Source of the DNA: Octopus vulgaris
Lineage: Eukaryota
Assembly: GCA_951406725.2 (NCBI GenBank)
Contig: OX597824.1
Span: forward strand, 48,236,001 to 48,300,000
DNA length: 64,000 nucleotides
Reading direction: 5' to 3'
In this document: piece after piece, positions 57,050-64,000 of the stretch
How the letters are laid out: each line of letters starts with the position of its first letter
How positions within the stretch are numbered: the stretch's first letter is position 1
Translations under genes and position numbers: made by a program
The notes under the pieces: model-generated
Seen by the model: the letters and a program-made list of their open reading frames with translations, nothing else
What the model was told of the DNA's origin: nothing
The model's database searches: none

Positions 57050-57357
57050 TGGAGGCGCAATGGCCCAGTGGTTAGGGCAGCGGACTCGCGGTTGTAGGAT
57101 CGCGGTTTCGATTCCCAGACCGGGCGCTGTGAGTGTTTATTGAGCGATAACACCTAAAGCTCCATGAGGCTCCGGCAGGGAGGGGGTGGCGATCCCTGCT
57201 GTACTCTTTCGCCACAACTTTCTCTCACTCTTTCTTCTGTTGGCCTGCTCGCTTAGTCAGCGGGGTGGCGTCATTTGGAGGCTAAAACAATGCGAAGCGC
57301 ATTGTGACCAGCGATGTGTAGCAACATCTGATAGCCTGGTCGGTCACGGTGATCACG

Positions 57358-57362
<5 letters not shown>
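57050..57362 (+). mobile_element. tRNA-derived SINE, well preserved
   Basis: A box TGGCCCAGTGG and B box GTTTCGATTCC at tRNA-like spacing, CpG-rich body, 3' tcacggtga repeat, inserted in (TA)n. Confidence 0.85.
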
Positions 57363-57400
<38 letters not shown>

Positions 57401-58559
57401 CTTGAAGTTTTTAATAAGGTGTAAATATCTTTTGCTTCTACTCGGGACTTCATCAGCAAGCACCAAACGAGATTAAGCTATTTCTGTAAGAATTTAAAAT
57501 AAGGTCATGGAACAGGTTCGTTGAGAACTCGCATTCTCTTTACCTCTATAAAAGCCTGTACATTCTTCAGTCACCTATAATACACACGCACGCACGCACG
57601 CACACTCACACACACACACACGTACACACGCACACACACGCACACACGCACACACGCACACACACACACACACACACACACCACGCACACACACACACAC
57701 GTACACACGCACACACACGCACACACACGCACACACGCACACACACACACACACACACCACGCACACATTGCTCATTCTCTACTTACACACTCTTGTCTA
57801 TTTTCCTCTACCTGTAGTTTTATCGAATATAGAATAATTTATATGGCTATTATATTCTTTGGAAAATGTTGCACCGAAGATGACACTGGATGTCAAAGCA
57901 AAACCTAGCTAGAAATAAAGAGGAATTAAATGCTGAAGTTGAAGTTTAATTAAATATTAAAAATTAATTAGGGAAAAAGAATTTTTGTTTTTACATTGAT
58001 TTACTAAATTTAGAAAGAGTGAAAGTAATTTCTTGCAAGGTTTATCTGTTTTATAATGGAAAAGAATATAACAAATGGCAAACATGCTTATACACATTTG
58101 GAATAAAGAAATAGAAAGAGAAGGGAGCTGTTCCTTATGTGCATAGCATTAACTGCGACTGGTCATGTTTCAAAGCTAACCCTAATCCTTAACCCTAACC
58201 CTAATTTTGTTGTTTACGTCGATTCTGCTATATTCTTGGCATCTATATGATCGAACCTGACATGACGATTCACGAAGTGGTGCTGGGTTGGATTTCAACC
58301 TAAAACCAAGTGAAATGAAATAAAATTCAGAGATGTAATTAGTCGTTCACTGATCTGCCATCTTTAATGCCCTTAACCATTCAATTATGATATATAGGTG
58401 GCCGCTGTATTGTGAGTAGCGCTCAGTTCCCAGATTTAATCGTGAGTAATTTCCGGATTGTTTCTAGATCAGGATGGGTTACACTAGACTTCTATGAATT
58501 TCTTATTACGATTCTATAGTGTTTCATAGTAATTCATAGTAATTCATTTATGGCTTTAA

Positions 58560-58965
58560 AGGTGCAGGCGTGGCTGTGTGGTAAGAAACTTGCTTCCAAC
58601 CATATAGTTCCGGGTTCAGTCGCTCTGCGTGGCACCTTGAGCAAGTGGATTTTACTATAGCCTCGCGCCGACCAAAGCCTTTTGAGTGGATTTGGTAGAC
58701 GGAAAGTGAAAGCAGCCCATCGTATATATATATATATATTTATGTGTATGTGTGTGTGTGTGTGTGTTTGTCTCCCACCACAGCTTGACAATCGGTGTTG
58801 GTTTGTTTACGTCCCTGTAACATTAATGATTCCGCAAAAGGAGACCGATAAAGTATGTACAGGCTTAAATAAAGGTACTGGGGTCGATTCATTCGACTAA
58901 AAGTTCTTCAAGACGATGCCCCAGCATGGTCGCATTCTGATGACTAAAATAAGTAAAAGATGAAA
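58560..58965 (+). mobile_element. Octopus-type SINE, full length
   Basis: Same head, microsatellite and tail as 49536-50030. Confidence 0.9.
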
Positions 58966-60346
58966 AATAAAGCGTTGGGAAAAAATGCTTTGTATTTCTT
59001 CCAAAATTTTACATTCTGATTTTAAATCAAATCAAGGTCAATATTGATTTCGAATTTCGGCATAAGGCCAGCAATTTCGGGGGAGGGAAGAAACCGATTA
59101 CATCGACCCCAGTACTCAACTGGTACTTAATTTATCGACCCCGAAAGGGATGAAAGGCGAAGTCAACCTCGACGGAATTTGAACCAGAACGTAAAGACGG
59201 ATGAAATGCTGCTAAGCATTTTGTCCAATGTGCTAAGGATTCTGCGAGCTCGCCGCCTTAAATCGAGGTTAATACTGTCTCCATTCCTCCTGGGCTCAAT
59301 AAGACAGAGTACTAATGAAGTAGCAGGTTGATGATATCAACTTATTCCTCTCCTCAAAATTACTGGCGATGTGTCTAAATCAAGAAAGACTTATTTCATT
59401 CGTTGCATTCACAAGTTATTTTCCACTGGGAAAACTTATCTCAGAAGTACTCCATCGTTCCATGAAGAACTGAAGATTTCACACTTATACTGATTTAATT
59501 GGGACGGAGAGTGATCGGAAAAATATCTCAAACTTACAGCAAAACTAAATTTCTGGTGGGTTGCGAAATGTGTTGTTTAGGAAGACCCTAGCACGCTGCT
59601 AGAAATAAAAAGATTCCAAAACGAAAATTGGATTGTGATGGAGTTGAAAGTTTTGATACATAGTATCAGTAAAGTATTCACTTCCATTAGTATCCTTAAA
59701 GGCATTAAAGACACAAACATCTCATATCAGAAATTATAATTGTTTACAATACTAAAAGCAAGATATAGAACGCAGGCGATGAACGTGCTGGAAGATCTTT
59801 TCTGGCTTCACACACATAACCATATATTCACGTACAAATATCAATCAATCAATCAATCAATCAATCATCAATCAATCAATCAATCAATCAATTAATCAAT
59901 CGATCAATCACTGAATTTATCAATCCGTCTCTGCCTGTCTGTCTACTGGTTCGCCTGCCCATCCATCTTTCTTTCAGTCTCTTTGTCTACGTATCTTTTT
60001 TATATCTCAGTGAATGCGTGCATGTGCTTTTAAGTATTTACGCATCTCTCTCCCCACTCTATGTGTACATAAACATATACATGTACGCGTGTACGCACAC
60101 AGACAGACACACCGGTGTAAAACAAAAAAAGTAAAAAAAAAAAAAAGAAATAAAGCAGAAATTATGTACTAAAATCTTTTCGGTGAGGGAATTTGGTAAA
60201 TAATGAACAATAGAACTTAATTAATTATCAATTCCCACTCTTTCAAAAATTGTCTTTTATTTCTCTTTATTTCTGCACATAACGCCATATCTCCCCCTCC
60301 CTTCTGTGTTTGTGTGTGCATCTGTGTGCGCACGCGTGTGTGTATA

Positions 60347-60968
60347 TGTGTGGGTACCCAAAAGAAACCGGAATTTTGCATTATTTTACTCACTTTTACT
60401 TGTTTACATTTTTGTCGCCTTCAAAGTATTTTCCATTTGAAGCAATGCATCGTTCCAGGCCCCTTTTCCACTATTCGAAGTAGTACTAGAACTCTTGCGA
60501 AGTGATGCCTTTTAACGCCTCTGTCGTTCTTTTTCTTCACCTCCTCCATATCTGCAAATTCCGTAGCACCAGTGAAGACATTCGAAAAAAGGTCAGGATC
60601 ACGACACGCATTCAGTCGTGACTGCTTTTGATCTTCCATGAGCAAGCGAGATACAAATTTTGCTGCAACTCTGTACATTCTTCGTTCAAAATTTGTTGGC
60701 TGGAGCTCCAGGACACACCAGGCATGTCAACAAGTTCGTCAAGTTTTCGGTGACGGTTCATGAATTTTAATGTTTTCAATCGTTTGGGAGGTCGACGAAG
60801 CACTGCAAAACGAAGACGCATCACGTGGCAGTGGGACTCCAACCAATACCGCCGGAAGGTAGACTGATGTCTGAGGGTCGCTTCAAGTGGCTTCTAGCGG
60901 TGGAAGCCTGAACTACAACGGGTTTGTCCAACAGAGAGCGTTTCTGGTTACTTTTGGGCACCCACTCG
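60347..60968 (-). mobile_element. Internally deleted mariner-like element
   Basis: TIRs gtgggtacccaaaagaaaccggaa / ttctggttacttttgggcacccac; residual RVAAKFVSRLL..DQKQSRL...DPDLFSNVFTG on the minus strand. Confidence 0.8.
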
Positions 60969-61349
60969 TGTGTATATATATATGTGTGTGTGTGTGTGTG
61001 TATCTTACAATCATTACATTGATTTAATTATTACTGATGTACTCTTTTTGCTTTTGTATCTGCCTCTTACCTACACCAAATTTACTACTTAATACACTAT
61101 AATTGGAAAGCAGCGAAGGGAGCTGGCAGAATCATTACCACGCCGGACAAAATGCTTGGCGGCATTTCGTCCGTCTTTACTTTCTGAGTTCAAATTCCGC
61201 AGAAGTCGACTTTGTCTTTCTTCCTTTTGGGGGTCGATAAAATAAGTAACAGCTGATCACTGGAGTCGATGCAATCGACATACTCTCTCTTTTGCGCCAA
61301 AATTTGGAATCAGTATACTACAGTTGGAACGCAGGGAGCTGGTAGAATC

Positions 61350-61645
61350 ATCGACCCCAGTACCATTTAACAACTACTATATTTTACCGATTCCAGTAAC
61401 ATTTGGCTGGTACTTTATTTTATCAACCCCAATACTATTTCACTGGTACTTTATTTCATCGACCCCAGTAAATTTGACTTGTACTTTATTTTATCAACCC
61501 TAGTACAGTTTGACCAGTACTCTAATTTATCGACTCTGATACTATTTAACTGGTACTTTATTTTATCGACTCTAGTGCAATTTGACAGGTACTTTATTTT
61601 ATCGACTCCAGTACTATATAATTGGTACTTTATTTTATCGACCGC
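61350..61645. repeat. Tandem ~38-bp repeat (about 8 units) derived from a SINE core, within a SINE cluster at 61100-62380
   Basis: Unit ~tactttattttatcgaccccagtactatttgactgg repeated head to tail. Confidence 0.85.
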
Positions 61646-63122
61646 CGAAAGAAAAACAGGTAAAATTGATGTGTGCGGGCTTTTAACTTATAACAATAGT
61701 TTCTATTTTAGACACAAGGCCAACAGTTTTGAAGAGAGTGTTTAGTTAATACCATCGATCTCAGTACTTGACCAGCACTTTATTTTATCGATCCTGAAAT
61801 GAAAGGCAAAATTTACCTTGGTCGGTTTTGAACTCACAACATGAAGCATTGGAAGAAATGGTACTAAACGTTTTGTCCGAATTTCTAACGTTTCTGCCAG
61901 TCATAGCCTTATAGTGTCTTGGATAACTGTTTCTGATTTAGGCATAAAATCAGTGAGCAGTTTTAAGGGAAGAGGTTATAAACGATACTATCAACTCCAG
62001 AACTTGATTGATACTTTAATTTACCGTTTCCAGAGAGATGAAAAGCGATGTAGATTTCGGTGGGATTCGAACTCGGAACGTAAAGAGCAGCAAAAAAAAA
62101 ACTGCAAAGATTTTTTTTTATCTGACTCTCTAACGTTTTTGCCAATCCACCATCCCATAGAAACGTAATACTTTCAAATTTTGGTACAAGGCTAGCAGTA
62201 TCGGGGGAGGGGATAAGTCGATTACGTCGACCCCAGTGTTCAACTGCTACTTATTTTATCGACCCCCGAAAGGGACGAAAGGCAAAGTCGACCTCGGCGG
62301 AATTTAAACTCAGAACGTAAAGACGGACGAAAAGCATTTTACTCGGCATGCTAATAATCCTGCCATTTCGCCGCTTTAGAGCCCTTAGTAACATAACAAC
62401 TGAAACGCAATTTCTGTACTGTCTCTTGCCAATAACATTAACAATACTAACACCATCAACAGTAGTAACACCAACAACAACAACAACCCACCCCATCATC
62501 GTCATCGTCATCATCCTCATTACCATTATCACCAGCAGCAGCAACAACAACAATGGCAAATATTGCTATTGATTAAATGACGAATTTGGTTAACATTTTT
62601 TTTTGTTTTTACCATATTCATTATTCATACGAAAAACACAAACATGAATCCTATTATTACGACCATTAGCGATGGTACCACAACTGTCCACTATCACTAG
62701 TACCACGACGACCATTCCTACCAGTACTTTTTCACTCCAACTCATCTCACTGCCTTTGTATAGAAGTTTTAACTATGCCCAACATATTTATGATGTTTGT
62801 ATATTTAATAACTCTTTCACCCCGAAACAACCTTAACAATATTGCAGTTTTAAGCAATTAAACTCCATTTGGATATTGCATCTACCTCATTTATACCAAA
62901 ACTAGAACATAACAGAAAAAGTTCTTTGCTTTTATGACACGTTCTGCTCACAAATATTATCTTAAGTACTTTCAGTATAATAGCAACAAAAACTATCACA
63001 AAACACTGCACATATCTCAGTCCCACGTAACTGCACTCGTTGGTGGTGTCGGAGTACGTAATAGAAATAAAATATAAAATTACTGAGAATAGTCACACAC
63101 ACACACACAGAAAAAAAAATAA

Positions 63123-63433
63123 TAGCTAGTTTTTTATGGAGTTTCTCTATATGTCTCCAGTGAAGTCTAATGTCGGCTCCGTACCGATTAGATAATACAG
63201 TTCTATATTTAAGAGATGAGGAATTATGTCTCTATATGTCTCCATTGAAGTCGAATGTCGGCTCTGTACCAATTAGATAATACAGTTCTATATATATATA
63301 TAATTCCTCATCTCTTAAATATAGGACTGAATTATCTAATCGGTACGGAGCCGACATTAGACTTCAATGGAGACATATAGAGAAACTCCATCAAAAAATA
63401 GCTACATAATTCCTCATCTCTTAAATATAGAAC
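63123..63433. repeat. Complex direct plus inverted repeat of a ~105-bp unit
   Basis: 63123-63226 is a near reverse complement of 63300-63404; partial direct copy 63229-63292; tail cataattcctcatctcttaaatatagaac repeated. Confidence 0.85.
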
Positions 63434-63544
63434 GAAAAAAAAAATAATAATGAAATTGTTGTATACAGTGCTCAGGTGCATTACAACACTCAGGTGCGCT
63501 ACATGCACACGTGCAAACAGAAGGGACCCTTTCAATTGGTTATC

Positions 63545-63735
63545 TTTTATCTTCTACTTGTTTCGGTCATTGAACTACGGCCATGCTGGAGTACTGCTTT
63601 GACGTGTTTAGACGAATAAGATGACGCCCAAATCTTATATTTTAAAAGCCTGGTACTTATTCTATCTGACTCTATCGCTGAACCACTAAGTTACGTAAAC
63701 GTGAACATACCAATACCGGTTGTCAAGTGGTGGTG
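63545..63735 (-). mobile_element. SINE 3' half
   Basis: Reverse complement of the SINE tail. Confidence 0.75.
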
Positions 63736-64000
63736 AATGATACATGAATGATTGATATTTTATTGATTCTGTTAGGACAAAATATTAATCCTGATATAAT
63801 TTAAATTTGGAGCATTGACAATGGAACTAAAAATGTTTCGACACTCATTGCACCATTTTTGCCATCTGGATTCTTCTCTTAATATGGATTCTTCGCTTTG
63901 GCATTCATTCATATATTTGCAGAAATTCGTTAAAGTCATTTGGTATATTACTGATACCTATTTTATCAAACTCCGAAGTGGGGTTTTAATTGAGAACTTA

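Noticed and set aside
57050-57125. tRNA gene
   Set aside because: A and B boxes are present, but there is no good acceptor stem or terminator and it continues into a SINE body.
57875-57905. CCGAAGA-t-gaca-ctgga-tgtc-aaag
   Set aside because: GAAA box and stem III are missing.
58176-58204. (CCCTAA)n telomere-like repeat
   Set aside because: Only about four imperfect units; not evidence of a chromosome end or fusion.

Overview
AT-rich eukaryotic genomic DNA, dense in (TA)n/(CA)n microsatellites and interspersed repeats. The SINE families and repeat landscape look like an octopus (coleoid cephalopod) genome; that is an inference from recognition, not a search. I see no intact host protein-coding gene. 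Most listed ORFs are microsatellite artefacts or transposon remnants. Recognisable elements are two near-complete irritans-type mariners plus four decayed ones, Tigger/pogo, Tc1 and hAT remnants, several MITEs, a near full-length but disrupted RTE LINE, CR1-like and R4-like LINE fragments, Helitron helicase fragments, many SINEs and several Penelope-like element (PLE) ends. The most notable signal is at 44.2-46.7 kb. Three unrelated fold-back elements, each inserted in (TA)n, each carry a type I hammerhead ribozyme (HHR) motif on both arms, giving six HHR motifs in about 2.4 kb with three different architectures. Three further decayed HHRs lie at 22.9, 41.6 and 56.8 kb. A motif-rich promoter with two candidate non-coding 5' exons on the minus strand (9.2-10.5 kb) suggests that a host gene starts here and runs off the left edge.
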